This document shows, piece by piece, positions 39,476 through 52,095 of a stretch of DNA of 64,000 bases; positions within the stretch are counted from its first letter, which is position 1, and every line of letters begins with the position of its first letter. The translations under genes and the position numbers were made by a program. The notes beneath the pieces are model-generated. The model did not search any database and was not told the DNA's origin. It saw nothing but the letters and a program-made list of their open reading frames with translations. This DNA comes from the human T2T-CHM13v2.0 reference genome, Homo sapiens, in NCBI RefSeq assembly GCF_009914755.1, contig NC_060942.1. One strand, written 5' to 3'.

Positions 39476-42400
39476 CACATATATGCACGTATATTGGAGG
39501 GGCATTAAGTAAATGTTATTAATACTCCAGAACACAACCTCTCTGCACAGCAGGCAACGTCCAGCCTGGGGGACTCGGGGCAGGGCCGCAGGGTGTGTGT
39601 TGGGAAGAGGCTGGGGCCTACACAGGAGCATGTACCTCCCATGGATCCCCAGGGTCATGGTGCAGTAGAAATTTGCCCAGAGGAAGTGGATTTGACATGT
39701 AAGCAGCCAAGTGAACACATCTAACCACCTGGAAGGTTCTGCTGCTGTCATGCCAGGCTCCCTTCTTGCTGCCTCTAAAGGTCATGGAGACCCCTTTATG
39801 GGAAAAGATCAGGATGCCTCTCCCCTTTGTACTAATTCTGGACGTGATTCACAAACGCCAGAGCTTCTGAGACCTTGAATGGCTGCATCTCCCAATCCTT
39901 GATATTCCTTCACTTCCCTAAAATTAGGGCCTTCTATCTGAAATGCCATGGGTCCTAGGAAAGGGCTCTACCCCCTGGCTAGCTGGGGTGCCCACCTGGA
40001 AGGCCATCAGAGTCTCCCAGGCCACAGACCTACAAGAAATTGGCAGCCTCCAGGGGCAGTGACGCCATCAGTGCCCCCCAGGCTGACTCTGCACTTGGGT
40101 CCCTGGTAAGTCTCCCTAAGATGTGACTTCCCAAATCAAGTCACTGAACCTGTTTAAGCACAGACATGCACAAATACAACAAAACTAAAGTCTTAAAAGG
40201 GTGTAGCTGACACACACAGGTGAGTCAAACCATGTCCAGGCAATTCTTAACTGGCCCACAGGAGGCAAGTGTCAGCCACCCAATGGGGAGGCCTGGCCTC
40301 AGCTCCATCCCACCGGCTGTCGCACATCACACAGCTGGAAGGGCATGTTCCTGCAGCACCATGGCAGCCAACGGCCTCAGCCAGCAGTAAGATCTTGGGG
40401 ACCAGAGGAGATATGCTAACACAAAACACTGCACACCTGGCTGTCCCCAGGAGAACCTGGCCAGCCAGTGCATCAGCCAGCCCACCAACAGGCTCCTCAT
40501 ACCCTTGTCATCCTGGAGGGCCCAAGTTTAATGCCTGGGGGCAAGGTCACAACACTCTCAGAGCCAGTCACCCTCAGCACCATCTGCACTGATTGGAAAC
40601 ATTGCGAACAAGAAGCTCCCATAACTTATTAACTCCCAAGAAAACTAACAGAGAAAAAGGATTCAGGACAAAACCAGGCAGTTGAAAATAAATACACAAA
40701 TAGCCAATAAATACGAAAATTTCAACTCTCTAATAACTTAAGAGATACAAATTAAAACAATGGGATACCATTTCACTCATCTAATTGGGAAAGAATGAGA
40801 AAATGCCCAGCGCTAGAAGGAGGAAAGAAGAAAGGGATGGGGAGAAAGAAACAGATGAATGAATAGATATGAAACAGCATCTATAAATTGGTAAAATAAA
40901 CTTTCCAGAAGAAAAGTAGAAATACGCACTCAAAGCCTGTAAAAGTACGTGCCTTTCCCAGGTGATGTCACTTCCAGGAATTTGTTCTAAAGATCAGTAA
41001 GAATTTTGCACTGGTTTAATATAATCAATAATCTTTACATATTTTATATGTGTATATTCTATATATAATCTTTATATAAAGACTTAAAGATATTATTTAC
41101 AGCACTGTTTACTGTGGAAAAAATTGGGGTTAACTTAAGATACTGGTTAGTCATGGTTTAGACATGAGCAGGAATATGATGCAGTCTTTTCTGTTGTCTA
41201 AAAATATTACTGACATGAAAAAACACTCGCAATACATGATAAGTTAGAGGGGAAGCCGGCTACACCATGACATGCCTATTTGACCCAAATTCTGTAACAC
41301 AAGAATGCGTGCATCATACAGGCACACAAAAGACCGGAAGGCCAGAGGCAACATTTAACAGTGGCTCACCTTTGGACAGGAGAGCTACCAATGGTGTTGG
41401 CCCTTCTTTGTGCTTGGCTGTGGTTTCTAAATTTCCTACGATGACACTGTGTTAGCTTAGAATCCAAAAAAGCCCCATCATTATTTAATCAGGAAGCACA
41501 AATGGGATGAAAACCTTCTCCCTCAGATATAATTAACACGACAGACAATCTGTGCCGAACATAACTGTGGCACCAGCATCATGACAAGTGCCAATAAGAT
41601 GACCAGAAACACCAAGAAGGGGTCGGACAGAGAAAGTTTGTTCTGGCACAGGCATCCAGAATGACTTTGTAGAAGAGGGAGCTGTCTAAGAAGGTCCTCA
41701 GGATAGGGCAGATTCTCAGAGAAAGCATTTCAGGTAGGGGAAGCCACAAACTAGGGAAACACAGGCCAAAGAAAGCGTGGGCCGAGGGCATGAGCAGCGG
41801 GCCATCTACGCTCACGTCTGAAGGAACTCGGGGCTCTGGGCTGAGCACACTGCTGGGAGCGGGGATGAGCTGTGTTTCTCTGGATTTTTCAAGCTCATGC
41901 GGACGACAGTGGAATTGACGCAATACTGACGTAGGTAAAGGCGTTGCTAAGTTCGTAGTGGCACCGTGTTGCTTGCTGTCTTCTCCTCATATGAAAATTC
42001 ATCTCCATTTACCGCCCCCTGTAAACCCCTTCCGATCCCAGCACTGGCTTTTCCGCTGCATTCTAAGGTGGCCAAGGACTCTTGCTCTCCTCCATGTGAA
42101 ACACCCTAACCCTCTGCGTAGCTCCTCCCTCCCCACGGCAGGTCCTGTGGAAGGAGAGGCCAAAGTCGAAGCTAAGTGGGAAAAGGGTGGTCCCATGAAC
42201 AGAACTAGGGAATTGGAAGTACATACTGCAGCTGGTTTGGTGAGGAACAGATGAATCACTGGAATTCAGGTAAAAATGTTTGGAGAAGTATAAGGGCTGC
42301 AAAATGAGGAAAAGCCACCAGGTCAAGATCAAGACCATATGGCCCCTCGCGCACACACACCAGGGTCCTGTCCCTAAGCACTGGGGACTGACCATCTGTG

Positions 42401-42544
42401 GCAAATGGTGAATGACAAAAATTCTGAGAGAACCTAAGGCAGTTTTCCAACCCAATATCTTAAAATGCCAAAGAATTCTGACCTGCAGTATTTAACTCAA
42501 AGCGCTCTTGTATTCAATGCATTTCATCTTGATAGGTAAGCAGA

Positions 42545-42660
42545 AAAGGTATCATGCCCATTTTACAGATGAAATAACCGATGCTTGGAAAAGTTAAATG
42601 ACTTGCCCAAAAGCTCACAAATGCAGTAGGTGGCAGAACCCAGGCTGGACTCAGCTCCCC
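42545..42660. mobile_element. MIR fragment (similar fragments near 22810-22910, 28780-28910, 29445-29590)
   Basis: CCCATTTTACAGATGAA..GTTAAATGACTTGCCCAA core. Confidence 0.65.
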
Positions 42661-44019
42661 AGACGCCATTTTCCCCACAAACCAAACCATGGTGTTATGG
42701 TGCTACATTGAGGTTGTCATAAGGCTTTGCTGTTATTTTGACAACAGCGGCTCCCTATGGAGATAGATGCTACAGTAACAAATATTAACCATAAAGTGGG
42801 TAAGTGGGAAGCTGTGCACAGAAGGAAGAGCCACACGGACCCTCTGGACAAGCAGCAAGTTCAGCCCCATCACGGTGGGGAGGGCACAACAGCAAGTCCA
42901 GTAAGGCCCAGGTCAGTGTGGCCCTTCCAAGGACACCCCAGTTCAACCAAAACTCTGGCGCTGCCACTCACCTCCAGACAAGCATCTGCTGCATCTGAAC
43001 TTGAATCCATGCTTGGGGTGTAAGGCAGCACCCCTTCTTTGCCAAGTGGAGCTGGCAGAAGCAGGCAGGCTGACACCCCAGGGAAGGCAGAGGCAGCCTC
43101 TGTAGTGCCAGCAGCCCAGGACTGCAGGATGAGGCCTGGTGAGGGCATGTCCTCCAGACCTACCCTGTGCCTGGTTGAGGCCTCTGATTCTCTGGAGCTA
43201 TGTGTGTGAGGAGGCAGCCACCCTCTGCAGAGGGCAAATGAGCACAGAAGTGAGTCTTTAACGCTCATGTTAACCAACCAGTCCTCCCTGGTTAAACAGC
43301 TGCTGTGAAGGGCAGCAGGAAGGATCCTAGGATGAAAGGGGAAAACTGCTCTGCACCTTGATTGTGTTGGTGGTCACACCACCGCACAGACCTAGGCGTA
43401 CACGAATGAGTGTGTCACGCTGCTGAGACCCGCTAAGGTCTGTGTCCAGGATACGACAGTGTGCTAGTCACACGAGATGCCACCATCAGGGAGGCTGAGC
43501 AAAGGCTCAGAGGCTGAGAACACAGACCTCTATATTCTCTCACAGCTACTTGTGAATGTACAATAATCTCAAAATAAAAAGTTTAAATAAGATTACATAC
43601 CACACGTGCTTATTGTCTACTGTACTAGATAGTGCAGCTCCAGAGAGCTGTGTTCCCACTGAGCTAAAGAAACCTCCCGCCCATGCTTGTGGGCTCTTCC
43701 CCTCACCTAACCCACAGCTGGCACACTTGATTTGGGGGAGCTGGGGGCACTTCTGTGCTCCAGAGAAGATGGGTGTGGGGCCGAGGTCATGGGGCAAGGG
43801 TAAGGACAGGATCTTATGATAAATGAGGGATTCATTAAAAGACCGTGTACCCCTAAGCAGAGAAGGATCCTGCAACTCACTGTAGCAGGCTGGAGAGGCG
43901 GCCATGCTGTTGCTGGGACACCTCCCCGCCTCAATCCTCTGCAGACACCCTGGAAATCCTACTCCAAAGGTCAGAGCAGCACAGCGAGAGGGGGCTGTTG
44001 GACTTGCCTCCCCAGAGAC

Positions 44020-45720
44020 AGGGGAGGGAACACCCGCCCTGCGCCCAAGATAGGCACACAGTTAGGGGTGCGGGCTCCCACTCCGCCGTCAGGAGCCTTT
44101 CCCACAACTCTGAGAACCGGGGTGCGAAGAAAGAAAGGGCGAAAGGGCCGCTCAACTCCCAGAGAGTAGCCAGCGAAAGACTCGAGGGGCCCCCTCCCGC
44201 AGGACCCCGAACAACTGCAGCACCTCCTCAGCCCGCGGGGTCCACCAAGGAGACCCTCACAAACAATAGCATCTGCGGCGAAGGAACCACCCCCGCAAAG
44301 GGCAGAAGCGCCAGATCCTACCAGCCAATTACCCAGACGCGCATCGCGACCCGCAAGTTCGGGCACGCTCCGCCCGGGCGCAGGCAGCGGGAGGGGCCGG
44401 GCACGCCCGTGGGGGTGGTCTGGGTACGGGTCTGATCCGGGGGCGCGCTCGGGAGGGGTCTGGGTCTGAGCCGGGGGCGCGCCCGGGGGAGTGGGCTGGG
44501 TCTGGGGCGGGGGCGCGTCCGGAGGTGGGGGAGTCTGGGGTGGGGGCGCGCCCGTGGGGGTGGGGTGGGGTGTCTGGCCCGGGGACGCGCCCGGGGAGGC
44601 GTGGTCTGGGTCTGGGCCGGGGGAGAGCCGGGTGCGTGCTCTGGGTCTGCGCGGGGGAGCGCGCCTGGTGCCTAGATGTTTGGTACCGAGCGGGTGGGGG
44701 ACGCCGGGCTCGGAGCCGGCGGCAAGTCTCCTCCTGGCAGGTAACAAGCCTCCTTTGCAGCCTTGAAGGCGCCTTGGCCAGGGCCATCCCACGGCCCGGG
44801 CCCCCAGAGCCCCCCCACGGCCCCGAATCCGAGCAGCCCCTGGCCCTCAACTCGCCCCGGAAAGGCCGCCCTCCCCTCCAATGTGTGGCGCGCCCCGATC
44901 GCCTCTCACTCGTGGAACAAAAGAGCAGCTCCCGCGGAGCGGGTCCAGAGTCTGCCCGGACTGTCCGATGGCCCTCGGCCCTCTGAGCGCCGCGGCTGCC
45001 GGGCTTTGTGTCCGCGCGGGGGGCGGGAAGGACGGCCGGGGTCCCCAGTGCGCGTCCCGCGGAGCGGCGCGCGGCGCCCGAACTGGAAAGTTGTCGCCGG
45101 CGCCTGTCGCCTCCACGCCGCCCCAGTCCCCCTCCGCGGGGCGCCCCATTCATTAGCCAGGAGACTGGGCGCAGGGCCGCCGGGGCGGGCGGGGGGCTTA
45201 CCTTGCTCTTGACTTCCACTGCGCTGCAATCGTAGAATCGCAAGGTCTGAGACTTGTGAAAACTTCGGTTCATGGTTTCGGCCCCGGTCAGCCTCGCCGT
45301 CGCCCTCGCTCCTCAGGGGCCGCAGAAAGACTCCCGGGGGCGGCGCCCCCAGGCCCCGGCCCCGGCCCCGGCCCGCGCTCGCTTGGCCGGCGGGCTGCTC
45401 CCGGTGCTGCGGGCCCGAGCTGGGCTGGCCGCGCGCCTCAGGGACTCCAGGGGCCGCGCGCGGGAGGAGCGCGGGGGACGCCGGCGCGCGCCGCCCCACC
45501 TCCCGGCGCCCGCGCCCGCGCCCCGCCCCGCCCCCGAGCCCCGGAGGACCCGCCCATATCCCCGCCCACAGCCCCGCCCCGCGCTCCGGAGGACCCGCCA
45601 CACCACGCCCCCACGCTGCAGCTCCGCGTCGGATCGCCAGTGGGTGCGCGCCCTCCTGTCCACAATCCCAGAGCCTGGGGAAAGGAGCATCGCGGCCAGC
45701 CCAAGGCGTCTCGTTTTGAT
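44020..45720. promoter_or_regulatory. PARD6G: CpG island / TATA-less promoter, 5' UTR and first-intron region of PARD6G
   Basis: Very high GC and CpG density. Multiple GC boxes (CCCCGCCCC) lie at ~45520-45580, upstream of the ATG on the minus strand. Confidence 0.93.
45202..45273 (-). CDS. PARD6G: PARD6G (Par-6 gamma) coding exon 1, [24 protein letters not shown]
   Basis: ATG at 45273-45271 in Kozak context (ACCATGA on the minus strand). 72 nt are followed by an AAG|GTAAGC donor. The peptide is the Par-6 N-terminus (VEVKSK) and joins in phase 0 to FGAEFRRF of exon 2. Confidence 0.97.
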
Positions 45721-45898
45721 TGCCTCCACCGAGCAACCTAGGATAGGGGTTGATTTTTGCCATTGTTTTGGGTAATATTCAAGTGAAGAATGCTAACGAG
45801 AACCACTGGAGACCTGATCCCAAAAGGCATCACCTGTCAGTACTAATTGTCAAGTTGCTGATGGCCTGGGAGAAGGGTTTTATCAAATAGGCTTAGAG

Positions 45899-46122
<224 letters not shown>

Positions 46123-46667
46123 TTAGAGGGCTTTATTAGATAGCCTATCTCTAGGGAGAGGATCAGAAGCACCTGCCTGATGCGAAAGGAGACTTTTTCT
46201 AAGGCAGCTAGAAAAAGAGAACCTGTTAAGACAAAGAATCAATTACTAGCAGCATCAATGAATATTTACCAATCAAGAGGCCTCTGAAACGGGCTTGCTG
46301 AAACCAAAGATACAATCCTTGCCCTTGAGGAATTTGTGATGAAGTTCAGAAGACAAGACAGTTTTTAAAAAATCATTTTGAAGTATACTATGAATTGTAA
46401 TCTACAAGCCATATAATTATAAATCTCACCATACATTCATTGCAAAAGAAACCTGCAGAATATAAAGAAGTGAAAAAACCTGTAAAAATTACCTGTAGTC
46501 ATGCTACTCAGCAATCAACTGTATTAACCTTTGGTGTATTTTATTTTCACTTATTTTTCTGCATATATATTTGTATATTTTACAAAGTTGTGACCATGCT
46601 GTTTATCTCGTTTTACAACTTGCACTTTTCACCTTGTGCTATATAATGAACTTTTTCTTCTTCTAAA

Positions 46668-46935
46668 AACAGGATCTTGCTATGTCGCCCATGTTGTAGT
46701 GCAATGCCATAATCACAGCTCACTGCAGCCTCAAACTCCTTGGCTCAAGCAATCCTTCCACCTCAGCCTCTTGAGGACCACAGATTTGTGCCACCACACA
46801 GACTAATTTTATTTTTATTTTTGTTTTTTGTAAAGATGGGGGTCTCTTTATGTTGTCCAGGCTTGTCTCAAACTCCTGGCCTCAAGCAATGCTTCCACCT
46901 CTGCCTCCCAGATGTGAGCCACTATACTCGGCCAG
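46668..46935 (-). mobile_element. Alu (AluJ-like, diverged)
   Basis: Reverse Alu consensus. Confidence 0.8.
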
Positions 46936-48198
46936 AACGGTTTTATTAAATGTTCTTAGAGAAGATGTTTTCTAAAAGGTGCTTATATGAATATAGGCAT
47001 AATTTATAATCATTTCATTATTGTTGGATATTTAAGATGTTTCCACTGTTAAGCTTTTATATCACACTGTTTTAAAAATTTGCTTATATTCAATGTTTTA
47101 AATGGACTTCTAAAATTAGAACTACTAGGCCACAAACTACACACCTCTAAAGCCTTTAACACAAATTACTTTCATAGAAATCTGATTTTCCTTTATTTTT
47201 GCTAAGTATTTACCCTGTTATATGCTGGGACTTAGTGCCAGGGAGTACCATTACAAAGCCACTGAGTTATAATCACTGCCCTTTAGAGAAATGCTAGGCT
47301 GGCCAGAGGACCGGATATGTAAACAGAGTTCCAAAACAAGGCACGTGCGCAGTAAGTAAGCAAGCAAACAAAAAATGCCAAGAGACACACACTTGGCAAG
47401 CAGACTGTGGACAGAGGTGCTGCCATTCTTTCAAGGGAAATTTCCTAAACTGAATGCAAATCTTTGGATTTGAGAAAAGTCACAGGCTCAATGCTGACTG
47501 CAAGTTGCCCATTACAGTGGGCAACATTGTTTTGTGGTTAGAAGAGGCTCAGTAATATCCTGAGGGAGGAGCTCCAACTGTCACATTTTAAGAAATGCAG
47601 GGACAAAGGAGTATGTGGAGGAATGAACAGCACTGTAGGCAATGAAGGTGGGAGTGGGGTCCACCCAGTAAGCTCGGGGCTTTGGAGTGGGAAGACGCCT
47701 TTTAAAGGAAAGGCTGGAAGGCTACGGAATTTCAAGTAGCCCTAGACTTGGCTCTGGACCAGGTTGATGAGAGTGAGATCACTTTGTCAATGCCTGTGGC
47801 TCAGAGTGTGGTGTAAGGCCCAAAATCTGCTCCACCTGGCACTTGTTAGCAATACCCCACCCAGACCCACTGAATCAGAATCCGCACTTGAACAAGATCC
47901 CCAGGTGATTCATGTCCACACTGAAGTTTGAGAGGTGCTGCTCCTTTATCTTAATCATCTGTTGCTCCACAGTTCTTGATTGGCATGATCTGCAGGCAAA
48001 AGCAGGAGGAAAGGCTGGGAAAGCTTGCTGTTGCGTGTGGAGCTTGAGTTTCCAGCTGAGACTTGAACTGGATTTGCTAGGGCTTTGAGCTCTAGGTTCA
48101 GGCGGGTATAGACCAAAAAAAAATTAACTGAGCCTTCAGCTGGAAAGGCTTTTACACAGTACAGCAGCCAGATTGGAAAAAACAAAAGCCCTCTCCTA

Positions 48199-48490
<292 letters not shown>

Positions 48491-48771
48491 GGGAGTGGGG
48501 GAGGAAAAGGAAAAGAAGAAAGAAAGAGAAAAGAAAGGAGAGAGAGAAAAGACTCCTCAGATCCTGGCCTGATAGCCTGCCTTTTCACACAACTGGGGGT
48601 CATGGGAGCCTCTGAGAGGCTGACTTGTTTCAGACAGAAAATGAGAGAGAAAATAGGAATGGGTAGGGGTTAAATCTTCCTCAAATCACGGCTTCTAAGA
48701 ACCCATCTAATAACTGAACCATCAGGAGCAAAAAGGAAGTATGTTGTGGACCCAGTAAAATGTATTCCTTG

Positions 48772-49110
48772 ACTGGGTGCAGTAGCTCAAGCCTGTAATC
48801 CTAGCACTTTGGAAGGCCCCTCTGCAGTGGCTCATGCCTGTAATCCTAGCACTTTGGAAGGCCCCTCTGCAGTGGCTCATGCCTGTAATCCTAGCACTTT
48901 GGAAGGCCAAGAGGGGCAGATTGTTTGAGACTGGGGAGGCTGAGGTGGGAGGATTTCTTGAGACTGGAAGGTCGAGTGTGTGGTGAGCTGTGATCATGCC
49001 ACTGCACTCCAGGGCATAGCAGAGTGAGACCCTGTTGAAAAAAAGATGAGAGCAGGTTCTTTTATGATGAGAGCAGGCTCTTTTATGATGAGAGCAGGCT
49101 CTTTTATGAT
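48772..49110 (+). mobile_element. Rearranged Alu with a triplicated 45-bp 5' segment, followed by a 21-bp x3 tandem repeat
   Basis: TGCAGTGGCTCATGCCTGTAATCCTAGCACTTTGGAAGGCC(CCTC) x3, then GATGAGAGCAGG(C/T)TCTTTTAT x3. Confidence 0.85.
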
Positions 49111-49389
49111 TGAACATTTGTTGCTGATGTATATGTTCTAAGAAAACATTCTCTAAGATAATTTCGTTGGGTAATAGGAAAGCATCGCTGTAATATTTGA
49201 ACCAGCAGGCTGTTGCATTTGCAATGCATTCTAATATATTTTCGGATGAGGCAGGCAAAGAACTGATATTCGATTGAAATAAGGAAATGGCAGAGTAGTT
49301 ATGCCTCATTATCACCTGATTCTCATATAAAGGCATCCCTTCTTTTTACCCTTTACTCTTCCCCTGCTCAAAGAGGCCTCTTCTGCCTT

Positions 49390-49691
49390 TTTTAAAAATT
49401 TTCATTTTTGAGATGGAGTTTCATTCTTGTTGCCCAGGCTGGGGTGCAATGGCGCGATCTTGGCCCACTGAAACCTCCGCCTTCCGAGTTCAAGCGATTC
49501 TCCTGCCTCAGCCTCCCAAATAGCTAGGACTATAGTCATGTGCCACGACGCCCGGCTAATTTTGCATTTTTAGTAGAGACAGGGTTTCACCATGTTGTCC
49601 ATGCTGATCTCGAATTCCTGACCTCAGGTGATCCACTCGCCTCGGCCTCCCAAAGTGCTGGGATTATAGGTGTGAGCCACTGTGTCTAGCC
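49390..49691 (-). mobile_element. Alu (AluS-like)
   Basis: Reverse Alu with TSD CTCTTCTGCCTTTTT. Confidence 0.92.
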
Positions 49692-51950
49692 TCTTCTGCC
49701 TTTTTGATGCAGTAATATCTTGACTCTCAATGGAAGCTTCATGCCTAAATTGACTTACCAGTAGCTCTTTCAGCAGATGGCACCGTTGGCCAGAATAGAA
49801 TGAATTCCCTGCATTCCAGAGCCATCTGCCCACATCCTACAAAGTGGCCCTGGTTGCATCCCCTAGATTGGTGCAAAGGGCTCTCTCCTCAACCAGCTTG
49901 CGGTGTGACCTGCATGTCCACCCCCAGGTGGAAGACAAAAGGCAGGTGGTAAACCTTACGCAGCTGTCTCTGACTTTGCATTAAAACTCTGGGACACTTT
50001 TACAAAATACAAATAAAAGCACCTAGAACATGAAGCACAGTCTTTGTTCCAAGTATTACACTAAGCATGGATTAGAGTCTCAGGATCTGTTTTAAAAAGA
50101 GTCAGTCCGTAAAGCTTTTCACTGACTTGGTGAATGTATCAGAATGTGATTTTATGGCAGAAAAGCGTGGTCAGTTTTCAGCCACACAGCATCCATTCAT
50201 CAGCATGATTCATCTCCTCGTGCACACTCCCAAAGCATTTCAGAGGTTCAAAGCAGTTGCAGGCCCTACTGATTTCCTATTAGATGAAACTGCATGCTTT
50301 TCCTCTTGTCTATTTCAGCATGGTTTCTTGGTGGTCCAGTTTACGGCCATCTCCAAGATAATGTCTCTGATTCATCAAATTCTGCCATGGTGGCGGCCTG
50401 TACCGGGCCCTGGCAATACAAACATTAAGGAAGCACTCATGTCTTCTGGCCTTGAGGTCTTAGCCAAAGCAAGAATCCTGAAGCTAGGTGTGAAGAGTTC
50501 ATTCACTCTAAATGGATATGCATCAACTCCTTATTCTTAGATATGTGGGGAAATCTTCCCGGAAGATGCTGCTTGATCACTCAAGTTGTAAAACCAACAG
50601 CATCACACAGAAGGCAGTGAACAAGCAACTTCCTGGAGCCATCCTTAGCCCCAAAGGAAGACGGGCTTGGATTCAGACCGTACCCAGCTTGATATGTAGT
50701 CCCCTCTGTCCTCAATATGTGCCTGATTTAATTGTTCTAGAGCATCCCACAGAAACCCCAGATAATGCCCACAGGCCTAAGGACATACTGGGAAACCCTC
50801 TGGGCTCCCTCAGATGACCTTGATCCAGTCTCTCAGTCTCCTGGTTCATGTCCCAGTCTCTGTACCTCTGCATGCCCTTCTGATATCTTCTTCTTGTTGA
50901 TCTCGATCTCCCAATTTTACTGCCAAGAGTGAGTGCCTGGACTTTCACTCCCTGCTAAGCACTAACATCCCTGTGACCTCCAGGGGTGAGAAAGTCCTAG
51001 AATTCCAGGTCCTCTTCCTCTCTTTCCTGCCTACACATATCCACAGATTCTCGGACATGGTCTCAAGCACTCTTTTGGGTCACTGGTCACCGAGACTCAA
51101 CGTGTGCAACGCAGACAGAGCTCATCGTTTCTGACCTTGCTCCTCTCTCCCCAAACTTCTCAGGAGGCGTCTGTCTCCACCTTCATAAACATCATCGCTC
51201 AGTGACCTACTCCAGGAAAGGTCATTCTGGACTCTCTTCCTGCCGGACTGCCTGTCTCCCAGCCCCATCTCAGGCAGCTCAGGGGTCACTCAGTCCCTCG
51301 AGTGGACCCTCTCCTCCAGGCATGTGTCAGGGCTGCTGGTCCCCTGCGGTCTGTGAAGCCCACCACTTCCCTTTTCCTATCTGCAGCCTGGCCCCGATCC
51401 TCCCAGTGACCCGGGGGCCTTTCTGTGTGTGGTGGTCTCAAGGGCCTGTCTTTGAGCAGGCAGCCTCTTTGGCTGGACCTCTGGTCCCCTTTTCTGCCTA
51501 GCTAACTCCTCCTCCTCCTGCAGGCCTGGGGCTTCCGTCCAAGGACTGCTCCTCTGTGCATGGCTCTATCATTGCATTCTCACTCTCGGGAGGGGGACTT
51601 GCTTACTTTTTGTCTTCTCCATCGGATGGCAACTTGAGGACGTAGGTTTAGCATTTAATCTCTGTTATGTCTGATTTTTCTTTTCAAGGGACACTCATCC
51701 GGGTTTCTTACTTTTGTATTTCTCATAATCTTTATAGCCGTCCCTCTTTGTTTCTGTAGAATAAACCCCTATAAGTGGCATTGGTGGATCACAAGGAAGG
51801 CACATTGATTTCTGAAATGTACCACTGAATTGCCTTCAAAAACATTGTTCTAAGCTGTACTCCCACTAGCAGGAATGGGGGATCCCAGGCACCCCTTCTT
51901 GATGTGACTCTGATAGCCCCACGTGGGATGCGGTGGGGATGGGGATGGAG

Positions 51951-52095
51951 ATGGGTGTGGCCTCTCTGTGGGTGTGGCCTGTCCACTGTGGGCGTGGCCT
52001 CTCCTCTATGGGTGTGGCCTCCCTGTGGGTGTGGCCTGTCCACTGTGGGCGTGGCCTCTCCTCTGTGGGTGTGGCCTCCCTGTGGGCATGGTCTG
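51951..52095. repeat. G-rich minisatellite (57-bp period built from GGG(T/C)GTGGCCT monomers)
   Basis: Seven GGGTGTGGCC/GGGCGTGGCC cores. The 19-aa periodicity of track ORF 51789..52172 reflects the 57-bp period. Confidence 0.88.

Noticed and set aside
43971-45775. Several long Pro/Gly/Arg-rich ORFs, including the 314-aa ORF 44329..45273
   Set aside because: This is stop-poor CpG-island DNA. Only the first 24 codons of 44329..45273 are real coding sequence before the GTAAGC donor.
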